Shown: in pieces, positions 51,001-64,000 of the stretch
Layout: each line of letters opens with the position of its first letter
Numbering within the stretch: the stretch's first letter is position 1
NCBI GenBank assembly: GCA_030704615.1
Contig: CM060731.1
Coordinates: forward strand, 84,754,001 to 84,818,000
DNA: 64,000 bases
Origin: Takakia lepidozioides
Lineage: Eukaryota; Plantae; Bryophyta
Direction of reading: 5' to 3'
The notes under the pieces: generated by a model
What the model was told of the DNA's origin: nothing
Database searches by the model: none
The model's input: only the letters and a program-made list of their open reading frames with translations
Program-made: the position numbers and the translations under genes

Positions 51001-54000
51001 CGTCTTACCTGATGTCAAAGGCAATCATCAATTTACGTGTGTTTGCATGCTTGGCGTTATCCTTTTCCAACCCCACGGAGCTCCCAAGGTCACTTTCAGG
51101 GAAATCCGCTGAGTTTCCAAGGATACCGACCTACAGGTGACACCATCCACGTCTCTTTTAAAATTTCTACTGTGATACGTGGCAGTCGACACTGCCTCCA
51201 ACAACACTAAACAATACAGACATTCCATTGCAGAAACATACTGACAATCCTGCTCCTAGACAAGCGTGCCTCATTTACTACTTTGCGTCTTCACATTGTC
51301 GTTAGAAACACATACAGAATGTCGGTCACGATATGTTAACCCAATTGTAAAATCTTTCTAATACCCAGAATGATGAATCAAACCCAGAAATTGAGAGGTA
51401 TTTGGGGTTCCCAGTACCGACCTTTACATGACGATCGACAGCGCTGATGTGCACATTCTGCAGACGTAATTCTGTGTGTGCCAGACCTCGGCTGTGATAA
51501 TAGTTAACCTGCCAGCACAACCCTCCACCAATAAAGAGAACCACTGAATGCAAGATGGACGTACAGATTTCAACCTCTCATGACCCAGGACGACAGTATC
51601 TGCCTTGCTCACCATAGCTAAGGGCCACTTTATACACACCACAAATGAGCACCCAAAATGTGGCGGTGGTCGTTCTTTGGACTGATTTGCTCATTCGGCC
51701 TGTGGATACCCTCAGACATGGGTTTTTAGGAAAAATCTTTGTCCATGTGGGAGTCCAATCTGCTCATGGGGCAATTTCCAGATGCCAAAAGTTAGTATGG
51801 CGTTTTCTATTATTCCAAACTCCTGGCCAAGCAGTCCAGAAAACAATTTAAGTTTCCCCATTGTTTTGCCAACCAGAGCAGGTTGGGGGCAAGCTGAAAG
51901 CAGCAGCTACCATTAAACAGATGAAGTCAACAATTATTCACTTTAACTGGTGGTGGACAATTACACCAAGCTTATTTTGGCCTTCCCCCTCATCCCAGCG
52001 AGTGCCTGGAAGGAGCGGCTAAAATGAGGATTTTGACCGCTGGTTTCATGGTCTGTGTCTAGAGTGGCCTAAGTTTCAAGACAGGAGCTCCAACAGGCCA
52101 CTCCAACCGGCCCACACCAACCAGGCTGCCAAATGCAAACTGACGGATCCTGCTACAAGAATCTTTGCCACATTCTACAATGTGCTGTAGCAAATTTTAC
52201 TACCATGGACACACACACAACAATACACCAATAAAAAGGAGCAGGAGTAGGTGTGCTGGTATATACCCCAATCAAAAGATCACGCATGACAACACGAATG
52301 AGGCGCAATTGACGGGACACCTCTGGACCTCCTGTGCGGTCATCTCCCACTCTTCGTGCAGCTTCTTCATCCAAGGCTAGCCTGGCTTCTAGGTTAGGTA
52401 ACCAATCCGAACACAGCAGCCATTGATGCAGTGAGTAGCTCCCATAATACTGCATGGACCCAGGATCAATTCACAAGATGATTACACTGCATGCAAATTT
52501 TCCACTTCTAAAACCAATCCATCCGGTGCTGCCAATTTGTAGTAGGATTCAGAATAATTCTTTCTGTCAGATAGTGCTACATCCCAAATTCATCACTCAA
52601 GCAGAGAAAAAACATCTACCCCAGCTAACATGGTTCTTTCACAATGGTGAATACAGGAATCTCTAACCGACATTCACATTATTCCCACTTGTGAGATAGC
52701 AGGCAAACCCATACTTGAATTTGGATGCCAACAGATGGCCTAGACTTTTGTGAAAGAATCTTCCATTTGAGCAGATGTCTTACAGGAGAACCATGACAGA
52801 ACTTGCTGAAGTAAATGTACCACGACTTAGACATCCTAATACAAGATCTGACAAGCTATCCTGTAGGAATCTCACCCCATGGACAAGTGTCATTGCACTG
52901 CTTTGATCAGGACCACCGGATGGAAGAATGTAGCCATGCACACGCGTCGTGTATGAGTGGTAAAGACCCTCCCTCCTCACCAGCCTTGCAATCACCTGCC
53001 CCCATGCCACAGCGTTCTTTTGATTTGAGAAGGATACAGTGTTAGCTGCTATGATAGAAATGATACGTCTGATCAGCAAGAACAATCTTCAGACGCCAAT
53101 AAATGCGTCTATGTGCATGTGTGTGTGTGAGAGAGAGAGAGAGAAAGAGAGATCTGAGATCATGCCTTCCTTCACAACAAAATAAAAGAAGAGATCAGAG
53201 AGTCTTGGCATCATAATGCTGTATACCTGCAGGGCTCGATGGCCCCAACGTTGTGCACGCGGCCCAGAAAGCTGACGAAGCACCACCCTCATTCCTTGCA
53301 GAGGGCTGCAATACCATGAGGAAAACCCCCTCCATCAGTGCACCCATCTAAATGCTAAATGATACTTATCAAATTAAGATGAACCTCATAAAATCCGAAG
53401 CTAGGAGGGAGGTATAAATAGAAAATCAAACCATCGGAAGGAACAAGAAGCCTTCCTTTCAGTAAAAACAGAAAATCGGCTGCATCCACGAGAAAATCAG
53501 GTACCTTTCAGGGTTTCTGACGACGCCCTCATAGACCACCTCGTCTCCCTGGATTATACAAGCATACTAATAATCAGCTGAAAGTTCAGCCTGTTTAGAT
53601 TAACAATGCTTGCATTTGTATACTATAGATACATCGACGGCTCTTCTTGCACATACACGTGTTCCTCTGCGAACTCCATCAGGCCACAAAAACTATATAT
53701 CTCAATCTTATACCCTCTGGGCAAGAAACTTTCTGAGTCTCTCACAGAGACACACACATACACAAATGAACACCAACCGATGGAAGCAACTGCTACTTTT
53801 ATCAAAGACATTGTACAAAGGGAATTTTCTTACCCTTCCGGCGAGACCCACACTGACGTGTGAACACAAATCAAAATCTGACAGCTTGAATTCCACAACA
53901 GGTACTCCAAGTCCAACAGCTTCAGTTTCAAGCCTCCCTGGCTTCTCCTCTGATCCTGACACTGCAACCCTGCCCACAGAACACCGAACTGCAATCCCCC

Positions 54001-54244
54001 TTCTCCTCAATGAAGGTGTCAGTCCCGAGCTGAGTGGTCGTAGCCAGCCCTTTTGAAGTAGACCAGAGATAGAAGGGAGAGATGTAATCAAGTCAGGGTT
54101 TTCCAAACAACAACTTGAACCTGGTATGTGTCTAGCATTAGATCCCACGCTTTCCCAATGCAATTTGCCAAAGCATCCCCTACCAGATGCGAGACCACCA
54201 TGCTGGATCCATGGAAAGGAATTTGCCAACTGCACTTGCGCCAT
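48085..54244 (-). CDS. FBN11: Plastid kinase-fibrillin fusion protein (FBN11/PAP14/ORG1-like), multi-exon
   Basis: Transit-peptide-like N-terminus; EFKLSDFDLCSHVSVGLAGR/GDEVVYEG; DWLPNLEARLALDEEAARRVGDD..MRDLLIG/VNYYHSRGLAHTELRL; HPFLCGPKWRV; PAP/fibrillin C-terminus ATYIDSRLLILRAVSGAALLF. Exon borders only partly traced. Confidence 0.88.
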
Positions 54245-55429
54245 GCTTATGCCTGCAAATTTCCAGCAATTGTTCTGTGAGGAGCTACAGGGCAAGCTCC
54301 ATGCAGCATAGAAATGAGAATTGTGTGTAGATGAGCATGTATTTTTTACATGTATATGTTGGAGACTGAAATCAAAATCTTCAAAACTCAGATGAACGTC
54401 ACATAAAGAATCTAGCTACCAGCCAGGTGATCATTACGGATGCGAAAAAGATAGAGAATTGTGCTAGTATTTAAGTGTGTCCAGAGTAACCAATGGCAGT
54501 TCCGATATTTTGAGCACAGATAATGCTCCTTGATGTATCCTTACAGAATCGGAAGGAAACATTCTAGTGTTCATGACCTTGAAATTTGAATATAATTCTC
54601 TCACTGTGTTCACTTAAGTTTGTGGATTACCTGTACATGTTCACTTCAGTTCTAAGAAGGACAATCACTGCTTCTTTGAAACACCAAACTTGAGGACATC
54701 CATTGGACTTCCTTACGGTCATAAAATCCAAACTGAACGAACACAACTCTAGACTAAAATGCCTCCCAATTACTGGGTGTTGCAATATGCCACAGCCTGA
54801 CTATGACTGAAATCAGCTGATATCCTCAACGACCCAGCTGAACACTCGAGATTGACCGAATCATTCACAACCACACCAATTCAGGCACTAGTGCTTCCTT
54901 GTTTCACATTCAGTAGAAGACACTAATATCTAGCTAGACATCTGAGAGGAAGAATATTAAAACGTGGCTGTCACTGATACTTTTCATTGATAGGGTTTTC
55001 CTGCTCAAGTTCAAACCAGCCAGCAAGCAATTCAAGCAAGCAGACGAAATTAACCTCACCACAACACAATTGAGTAGAACCAAAGCTCCTCGAGAGCTCA
55101 AAATTTCAAGAAATCGGCACGTCACACAGAGACAGACACGGCCTAGCACGCACGACACAAAGCAACTCGAGAGGGAGACAGGAAAAAATCAAATATCCAA
55201 AACCTGGTTTATGAAGTTCACAGACAGACGACTACATCTTCTCCGCAGGCTCAAGACAGACGCCACATATGCGGCGTTCTTGTGCGCCAGCGTGGGTCCG
55301 CGTGCAGGCCATGGTCGCGCTGAACCCTGTATCACCGAGTCTGGCAACCCCCCCGCGCCTTCTCCCTCTCATAAGTGTATGGTGTATTGAGTGTTGAGCG
55401 TACTCCTCGGCTCTTGTCAACTGCACCTT

Positions 55430-56111
55430 AGGAGGGCGCCATTTCCCACGGATGAATGCAGTATTGTATGGGTCCAACGCAAATAGATGAATGCAGAGTA
55501 TGACGGCATTCCCAATGGATGAATGCAGTATTGTATGGGTCCCAACGCAAATAGATGAATGCAGAGTATGCCGGCATTCCCAACAATGGAATTTAGTATT
55601 TTTTGACGCCAATATGCACCCGCATGGTCGTTAGGTGCCCTCAAATCAGTGAATGCCCTCGGTCCAGGGACTTGCCCTATACATTTTCATTCTCCAAACG
55701 ATGCGGGTGCATATTGGCAGGTGCCTGAAAATCAGTGAATGCCCTCGGTCCAGGGACTTGCCCTATACATTTTCATTCTCCAAACGATGCGGGTGCATAT
55801 TGGCAGGTGCCTGAAAATCAGTGAATGCCCGAGGTCCAGGGACTTACCCAGCGTAAAGCACGGACAGAAAATTTTCACTTGACGTCATTCTTTGCTGACG
55901 CGTCATCATTCAAGTGGTCCATCCTGTCGCTTGATGTTCACAGAACGCGTAACGCCCTGGACAGGCTGGCGCGGGATGTCACAAAAAGCATAATGCCCTG
56001 GGCAGCCTGTCGCGGGATGTTCACCAAAAGCGTAATGCCCTATCTGGACTTGCCTCAAATCTTCACGTGTACAAGCGGACGTCCAAATACACTAAAAATT
56101 TTCTGGTAGTG
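55430..56111. mobile_element. CACTA element end with internal tandem and inverted repeats
   Basis: Ends aaaattttctggTAGTG (reverse complement CACTACCAGAAAAT); 86-bp tandem repeat (~55645, 55731, 55817); ~67-bp duplication at 55450-55585. Confidence 0.75.
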
Positions 56112-56699
56112 CTTTACGTGGTGCGGTCATACCAAGGCTACTTACACCAGAGGTTGAAGGAAAGAGAGGGGGCGGATGGCGGAGCTCCGCGGTTTGCGGA
56201 AAGAGGCCTCAACGGTCTCTTCGTCTCTCTCGTTGGTCTTTTCAGTAGATGCCTTCTTAGATTGCCTTATGGTAATCTTGCCCAGGCTGATAATATTGCT
56301 TAAGATCTTCACCAATGATAGGTAAATCTCTTCTTTTCGCATGCAGATTTGTCTTTTTTTTCAACTTTTTCAACTTCTCATTTGGTTACTAGAGGTCGTG
56401 GTTCCTCATTTTCGCTTTATTTCTTTAACCTTTAGCTTTCATCTTCTGCTTCGTCCCCTCTGATAACTTCATTAGAGGCTTCCCCCACTTATTTTTAATT
56501 TTGCCCCACTTATGAGTCTTTTTCCTTCTTCTATCTTTCATCCTTCCCCATCACCCTATTTATGTCCCTTTCAGCTAGCGGCGCGGCCACCCCTGAACCC
56601 ACCTCAACTAGCCGCCTCCATTAGTGGTACCTGTCAACTTTGTCGACAGTGTTACCGCCACTTTGGAGTAGCCTGTCTCTTTGCTTCTCTTGTTTCTCT

Positions 56700-57236
56700 C
56701 TCTCGGGTCCTCGGGAGCTCTCTTCGCATTCTCGAGTCCTTTCTAGTAGCTCTTGCAGCTCGTGCGTAATCTAGTTCCCTCTATGGCTCCCTCAAGAATC
56801 AGTTCTCTTAAGCTCAACGAACCTATGGATTCTCGCTTTCCTACGGACAAGTCGCTGCCAATGCGGAGAAGATTTATGGGTTCTACTTGGCGCATCAGGC
56901 CCAATCGTGAAATGATTTCTCCAGGGGTTTTGTAAGGGCACCTCCTTCCTCTTTTTCGTTCAACCCCCTCTCTCCCCCCAACCCCTTTTCGAGATTCCTA
57001 GATTGGATCCGGTGGTTATGAAGGCTCCCCTCTCGCCTCTCCCTGCAGAAGATTGGTCGGAAGGCACTCAGCTTTGCCAGGAATCCCTAGACAAGGATTT
57101 TCTGCTTATCTCTATGGACATCTAGGACTTGAACAAAAGAGTGGCCTCAATGGAGGATCATGGTTAATTAGTGCATTTTCTTGGAAGGAAAGTGGATAGA
57201 GCCTACGTCAGGGACCAGGCTATTCGTCACTTAGGA
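56700..57236 (+). mobile_element. Possible decayed L1 5' region/ORF1, interrupted by the LTR element
   Basis: CT-rich leader, then degenerate DKDFLLIS..LNGGSWLI..GRK resembling plant L1 ORF1; weak. Confidence 0.35.
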
Positions 57237-58072
57237 TGTCGCGCACCATACTTCGGTAAGCTCCCCTTCAAGTCATAGTTACTCGCTTTGATGCGCGCGC
57301 CTAACTCCCAAACTGGCCGTCGGGCCAACTCGGAGCTTCGGCTGCTCACCGAGACATAACGGTCCCCCTTTACTCCCCACTTGACCCTCTCTCAATTTGG
57401 GCCAAGTGGAAATTCCCTTTGATCGATGGCAGTCCGGAACAGCTCCCCACACCTTGGTCGCTTTCCGGCTCGCACGCTTACTCACTAGTTTTTGGTCACC
57501 AACGGGCTTGCACCGTTCTCGGGGTTACCACTCCCTATATATACTTCTGTGACTGTCCGCGGGGGTTTCACAAACAACCGTGCCATTTTATGGCAAACCA
57601 CCACGAAAACCCTCGATTCCCGGTGATGAGTCACGGTGAGTCTTGGCCCACCCACCACGGCCCCATTGGACCGTGATAAGTCCCAAGACTCCCCACGACT
57701 CCCACCACAAGGTCTCCGCCCCCATGGTGAGTCCTATGCCACCCCCACTAAGTCCCACCAAGTCCCACTAAGCTACCCCCACCCCTCGTGGAACCACCCC
57801 CACCGCAACCCGGTGTGCGAGGCTCCACCAAGTGAGCGCCTCCGCCTCCTTGAGTGCCTTGGGCACTCAAGGGTGCTTCAGCCCCCGTATCTATTGTTGC
57901 CACTGCCCCCACCACAGGGGCAGCCCCTCTTGTGTCCCGACCCCCTGCCCTCAAGGCGAAGGGCCGCGACATTGAGTGGGCACTCAAGGGTGCTTCAACC
58001 CCCGTATCTATTCCACGGGGGCAGCCCCTCTTGTGTCCCAACTCCCTGCCCTCAAGGCAAAGGGCCGTGACA
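57237..58072 (-). repeat. 3' LTR (TGTCACG...CGCGACA)
   Basis: 57237-57646 matches 63591-64000 with ~10 substitutions; purine-rich AGGGGTGTG precedes 58072 on the minus strand; inner boundary inferred. Confidence 0.8.
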
Positions 58073-61000
58073 CACACCCCTACCAACAGGGAGTCGATGT
58101 CCTCATCGACTTATCCATTTTGTAGAAACGAACATCCAAGTTGTGGCATCCCACATCAAGGAGTTTGTTTCCGTACCATGGCGTCCCATGGCAAAAAACC
58201 AAACCCCCACCACTTGACTCTACTCTCCACTAGCTAGTTCGGCCGACTTCCTCCAAGTCCCGGCCAAGGGGGGGAGCCTCTCAAGCTCCTCCCAGTGCAC
58301 TCTTCTTGGCCCACTTCAAGGCCAAGGAACGATCCTCCCCGAGGATCGAATCGCCTTACTGCAACAACATTGCTTGCGACCGCTCGTGATGCCGCTTTTG
58401 GCATCACCTTGAGCAAGGGTTCACCTTGAACCCTTTTTGACTAGGAAGATAACCTTGAACCAACCGTGCGCCCCAATCACTACAATTGGGTCCGCCTTGG
58501 AATACTAGCCTGAGGTACGAGAACACGCCGAAGCTGCACTACGACTTCGTCCCGAGGCTACACGATTATAGTACATGAACGGAAGCACGTAGCTTCCACG
58601 TTAGCCCGCACTACAAGGCAACCCCCTCGGTAGTACAGTTATAGTACGCGCACGCGCCAGGTGCGCACTAGCATGTGAACTCCCAAAGAAGCCGCAAGTT
58701 TCCTTGCCCCTTGGATGGGAGTCACCCGATTTCGGCACTATGCAAACACACAATTAATCCAATTTACCTCTCCCACTTTTGTAAGCTAGCATGCATTCTA
58801 CACACTAGCCAATATATCATGCATCACCATTCCAAACAAAATAGGAAGCACAACATTTGGGAACCATTTCATTTATAATAAAATTTGTACAACACAAGTT
58901 TTTGCAATCGGATTCCTGAGCTAGCTAAGCCTGGCTAAGCATGCATTTCCTCCCCCACGATCCAAGGTTGATGTCCCCATCAACGCTTCTTCCACTTTTG
59001 AGGTCGCCCTTTGAAAACTGCAACTGCCTCGGATGCGTTTCCCATTTCTGAGGCACGCACCCAAGATGCCTCCACATGATGATAGCCCTTCAATTTCACG
59101 AGATACTCCGTTTCTCGATTCTTGAACCTCCTCGACTTAAGCACTGCCTCCACCTTGTACTCAAGTTCATTTTCATGATCCAACAGCACAGGTAGCGGAC
59201 GCAACACTTGATGCCGATTCGGACGCGCTTCATCTTTAAAGTAAGGCTTCAAAAGGGAGACGTGGAATACCGGATGCACCTTGCTGTTTGTCGGCAGCTC
59301 CAATTCATACACATCCTCATTAATAACCTTCCGGATACGAAAGGGCCCCGCATACGGAGGTACGAACTTCGGACTCACTTCCGGAGGTAGTCGGAAATTC
59401 TTAATGTTCAACTAGACCTCCGTGCCTGCTTCAAACTTAACTTCCCTCCGCTTCCGATTCGCCTGCCATTCATACCGTTTCCTAGCTTTGGCTATGTTGT
59501 ACTTCACGAGCATTAACAAACGCTCGCGTTCTTCCAGCACCGCTGCTGCTGCCGGTTCCTCAACGTCCTGGGCGACCCAACTTGTCGGCACCAAAGGTGC
59601 TTTTCCATAGACCAATACGAAAGGGAAACTCCTGTTGCGGAGTATTTTGTATTATTATAATAGAACTCTGCCGCATCCAAGTGCTCCACCCAGTCTGATT
59701 GGTCTGCCGACACATAATTCCGCAAGATTTGCTTCACCACGGAATTCACTCTTTCCATTTGGCCGTCCGTCGTAGGTCGGAAGGCGGTGCCTATCTTGAG
59801 CCTCGTCCCCATCTTCTTTCAAAGTGCCCTCCAAAATTTACTTATAAACTGTGGATCGCGGTCCGAGACAATATCCTTCGGGAGTCCATGATGCTTGAAG
59901 ACGTGGGCGAAGTAAAGTTCCCCCGTCTCATGCGCCATTGCCGTCTCCTTGGTGGGAATGAAATGGCCCATTTTACTGAACCTATCCACCACCACCATGA
60001 TTGCGTCGAATCATTTTGACAGCGGCATAACAGTCATGAGATCCATCGAGACACTTTCCCAAGACCCCTCTGGAATCGGTAAGGGTTGTAACAGCCCCGC
60101 TTGCTTTTTGTACTCGCTCCGGTTTTGTTGGCATGTGGTGCATGTCTTGACATACTCCTCGACCTCCTCCCTCAGCTTGGGCCAGAAATACTCTTTCTTC
60201 AAGAGTGTCGCGGTGCGCTTGGCTCCGCTGTGGCCCGCAAGCGGACCATCGTGGCATTATCTCATAAGACTATCTCTGATCCCTTCCTTCGGCACGTAGA
60301 GGCGCTTTTGCTTGTACCGGAGCAGTCCATTGTGCAAGTGGAACTGCGATTTAACCCCCATCCTCAAGTCCCGCATCACGGACTTCGCCATCTCATCCTT
60401 CTGGTAAGCCTTCCGGATCTTCCTTTGGAGCGTCGTCTCGCCCCTGTACACCAACATGAGCTGCTGCTTTCTACTTAAAGCATCGGCTACCACATTGTCC
60501 CGTCCCAGTTTGTACTGGATATCCACGTCGAACAGTGCCAAAGTATCTTGCCACCTAATTTGTTTTGGGGACAACTTAGGCTGCGTGGCAAATACTTCAC
60601 CGTGACATTGTCCGTGAACACCTTCACCGGGTTGGAACCAATATAATGGCGCCAAAGCTCAAGGCAATGCACCACTGCCTTCATTTCTTTCTCGTGCGTA
60701 GGCCACCGTTGCTCCACTTCATTCAGTTTCTTACTTTCGTAAGCCACTGGACGTCCATCTTGCATGAGTACACCTCCAATCGCGAAGTCCGACGCATCCG
60801 TATGAATCTCAAATGGACGGTCGAACTTGGATTTTCAGAACTCGAGCTTCCGCCATCCGCTGCTTCAACTCGGCAAAAGCTTGGCCACAAAAGGTGTTCC
60901 ATACCCATACCTTGGATTTACACAGAAGGTCCGACAGCGCCCCCGCGATCTTGGCAAAATTTCTCACATACTTTCGGTAATAGGAGGTGAGTCCTAGGAA

Positions 61001-63590
61001 GGATTGCACTCCCGGGACTAAAGTCGGAGGCTCCCAGTCCAAGATCGCCCTCACCTTTTTGTCATCCATTTTGATCCCATCCTGTGTAATCACATGCCCT
61101 AGGAACTCTACTTTTGTGACCCCGAATTCGCACTTTGAAGCTTTGGCATACAGCTTCCCTTCCCGCAATTTCTGGAACACCCTTTTGAGGTGCTCCAGGT
61201 GCTCTTCCTTTGTTTTCGAGTACACCAAGATGTCGTCGATGTACACGATCACAAAGTCATCCAACCACTCCTGGAAAAGGCTATTAATTAGCGTGCTAAA
61301 GGTCGCAGGTGCGTTGGTGAGCCCAAAAAGCATCACCAAGAACTCATACGAACCATATCTTGTCCTACACGCGGTCTTCTCCTTATCTCCTTCCGCCACT
61401 CGGATTTGATGATAGCCGGAGCGCAGATCGATCCGGCTGAAATACTTCGCTCCTGCCAACCGATCGAAGAGGTCGTCGATCCTTGGCAAAGGTATCGGTT
61501 CTTGATAGTCACCTTATTCAGAGCCCTATAATCGACACACATCCGCATCGTCCCATCCTTCTTGTCTACGAATAGCACCGGGACTCCGTAGGGTGTCTTA
61601 CTCGGCCGAATGTACCCCTTTGACATTAGATCCTTGAGCTGAGCCTTCAGCTCGACCAACACTCTGTGGCTCAACAGGTAGGGCGCCTTGGCAGGCGGCT
61701 CCGATCCCGGTATCACCTCAATCTTGTGGTCAACTCCTCTTCGCGGTGGCAAGCCGCTTCGTAAATCCTCCGGCATCACATCCTAATATTTCTCCAAAAT
61801 CCCTTTGATTCAATTTGGGCTCGGCTCCCTATCGCCTTCTCCTTTCATTTGTCTTACGTAAAGCAAAAACTGGGCTCGTGTGGCTCCTCCACGGCCCACT
61901 CCCTTGCCGACAACAAGTTTATTCGCCCTCCCACTGGGTTGGGCGTTTCTGACACTCGTAAAACTTCGCCACCATTCCCACATAGTAGCGTGACTATTCT
62001 CTTGCGGCCATCTATGACTGCTCCGGATTTGCTCAAAAAGGTCATCCCCAAAATGAGATGCACTCCATCGATCTCGCAAATGGTGAAGTTCTCACGTCCC
62101 TCCCAACTCCCCAGCTGAAGAGGAACATTGAACGCCAACCTCATCGCCCGTTGTGGTTCTCCTTTGGCCAAATGCACTTCAATGGAGGCCCCCATATCAC
62201 TTGTCGGGAGCCCCAGCTTCCGTGCCGTTGCCGATGTCATGAAGGAGTGTGACGCTCCTGTGTCCACCAACAACGACACGTTAGTTCCGGAGATTATCCC
62301 ACTTACGAACAATAACTGACTCCATTTACGCAAGGCGCCAGTTTCCTGATACAACTCACAAGAGTAGTTGCCTACCTTGCAAGTCTTGGCGACCACCGCC
62401 TCCACCAAGCGGCTGATGGACTCTTCGGACAACTCCATGGAAGCCCGAGTCATATTCAATTGTCGGGGTTTCATGCACTTCTTAGCTATGTGTCCGGGCT
62501 CCCCGCAATTAAAACACAGTCCATCGAAGGTCGCCTTCTGTCCGCCATAAGCCGCCGCACCTGATTTTCTTTTCGGAGCACCGGGTGCCGCCTTGACGTG
62601 AGAAGGACCTCCCTTCAATTTCCACGTGTCATTGTCGCCGCGTGGCCTATCCCACTTCTTTTCCGGTCGAAAGGAGTCACCCTCCCGTCGGGTCTTTTTG
62701 TGGTTCAGCTCCGTACGGCCTTGTCTTTCGCCCCTAGGGACATCCAAGAAACATTCAGCCCTTTCAATTGCCTCGTTCAAAGTCTTAGGTGGCTTCTCCT
62801 CCAACTTCCGCCTGGCCCATGGGGCCAGTCCCGCCACAAAGTTGAAGACCATTTATGGTTCCGCCATATCCGCGACTTCGAGCAACAGCACATTGAAAGC
62901 CTGAACATATCCCCGAATGTCAACCGTTTGCTTCAAATTCCTCAGCTTGTCTAGGGCGAGCCAGGACGCGTTGAGGGGAACAAACTGTCTTTTCATAAGT
63001 TCCTTGAACCCACTCCAGTTCAAGGTTTCCGGGTTTGGACCTCGGTCATGAAGGCGTTTCTGCCACCATTGTTGAGCATAGCCTCTCAAATAGGTGGGAG
63101 CCACTTCCACCCGATCCTCGTCACTCAACTTCCCCGCCCGGAAGTATTGCTCCAGCTCCAAGAGCCAGGTGTTTAGTGCCTTCCAATTTTGGACGCCCTC
63201 AAAGGTGTCGGGTTCCTTAGGCTTCACCTTAAACTTTGCCTTAGTGGAAGTGGCATTAGCCGCCTTCAACACGTCTTTCAACGTCCCGCCAAACTGCGCC
63301 AACAACCCTTCCCAAAAGGTTGCTGGCATGGGAGGCATCTGTTGGTCTGTCGGAGCCCCCAGGAAGTCCTCGGGCTCCAACTCCCCAGATTCCTCCCATT
63401 CTTGAGCAGCCTCGCTTTCAAAAGCATGAACCGTCTCCTCAAATTGTTGCTTCGATGACACATCGCCCCCATCGGGCTCACCAGGACAATCATCTTTCGG
63501 GTTGTTCCGCTTTCGCTTAGGCTTGCCCGACCCCATGATGAGGCCGATCTCAAGGACAATCGCGTACTGAACTCTAAGCTCTGAACCAAG

Positions 63591-64000
63591 TGTCGCGCAC
63601 CTTACTTCAGTAAGCTCCCTTTCAAGTCATAGTTACTCGCTTTGATGCGCGCGCCTAACTCCCAAACTGGCCGTCGGGCCAACTCGGAGCTTTGGCTGCT
63701 CACCGAGACATAACGGTCCCCTTTACTCCCCCACTTGACCCTCTCTCAATTTGGGCCAAGTGGAAATTCCCTTTGGTCGATGGCAGTCCGGAACAGCTCC
63801 CCACACCTTGGTTGTTTTCCGGCTCGCACGCTTACTCACTAGTTTTTGGTCACCAACGGGCTTGCACCGTTCTCGGGGTTACTACTCCCTATATATACTT
63901 CTGTGACTGTCCGCGGGGGTTTCACAAACAACCATGCCATTTTATGGCGAACCACCACGAAAACCCTCGATTCCCGGTGATGAGTCACGGTGAGTCTTGG
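63591..64000 (-). repeat. 5' LTR (partial)
   Basis: Direct repeat of 57237 onward, adjacent to the PBS. Confidence 0.95.

Larger units (their letters stand above)
57237..64000 (-). mobile_element. Ty3/Gypsy chromovirus LTR retrotransposon (Galadriel-like); young but disrupted
   Basis: gag 63536-62853 (KPKEPDTFEG..LEQYF), CCHC, protease LVDTGASHSF, RT YIDD, RNase H HEKEMKAVVHCL, integrase with GPF motif and chromodomain (EYLVKLKGY..SWV) ending 58980. PBS-like TGGTTCAGAGC next to the LTR at 63591. Confidence 0.96.

Overview
Eukaryotic, intron-rich, TE-dense DNA from a land plant; the TE and PPR content suggests a non-seed plant (inference). Two apparently intact host genes: an 18-exon aminoalcoholphosphotransferase (AAPT, +, 24521-35906) and a kinase-fibrillin FBN11/PAP14/ORG1-like gene (-, 48085-54244). 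The rest is nested mobile DNA: a decayed non-chromovirus Ty3/Gypsy, a young Galadriel-like chromovirus, several LINEs, CACTA ends, a MITE, and PPR/DYW debris interleaved with a ~0.6-kb repeat. The standout is 1-9.8 kb. A MULE-type DDE transposase with a WRKY/GCM1-like zinc finger (-) and a divergently oriented 7-exon gene (+) encoding a ParB/Srx-like domain plus a beta-class N4/N6 DNA-methyltransferase-like domain flank ~28 copies of a 24-bp palindrome spaced every 53 bp (about 5 helical turns). The same palindrome recurs in that gene's introns. This is a candidate undescribed transposon-borne DNA-binding/modification system. All calls are from manual reading; no searches were run.
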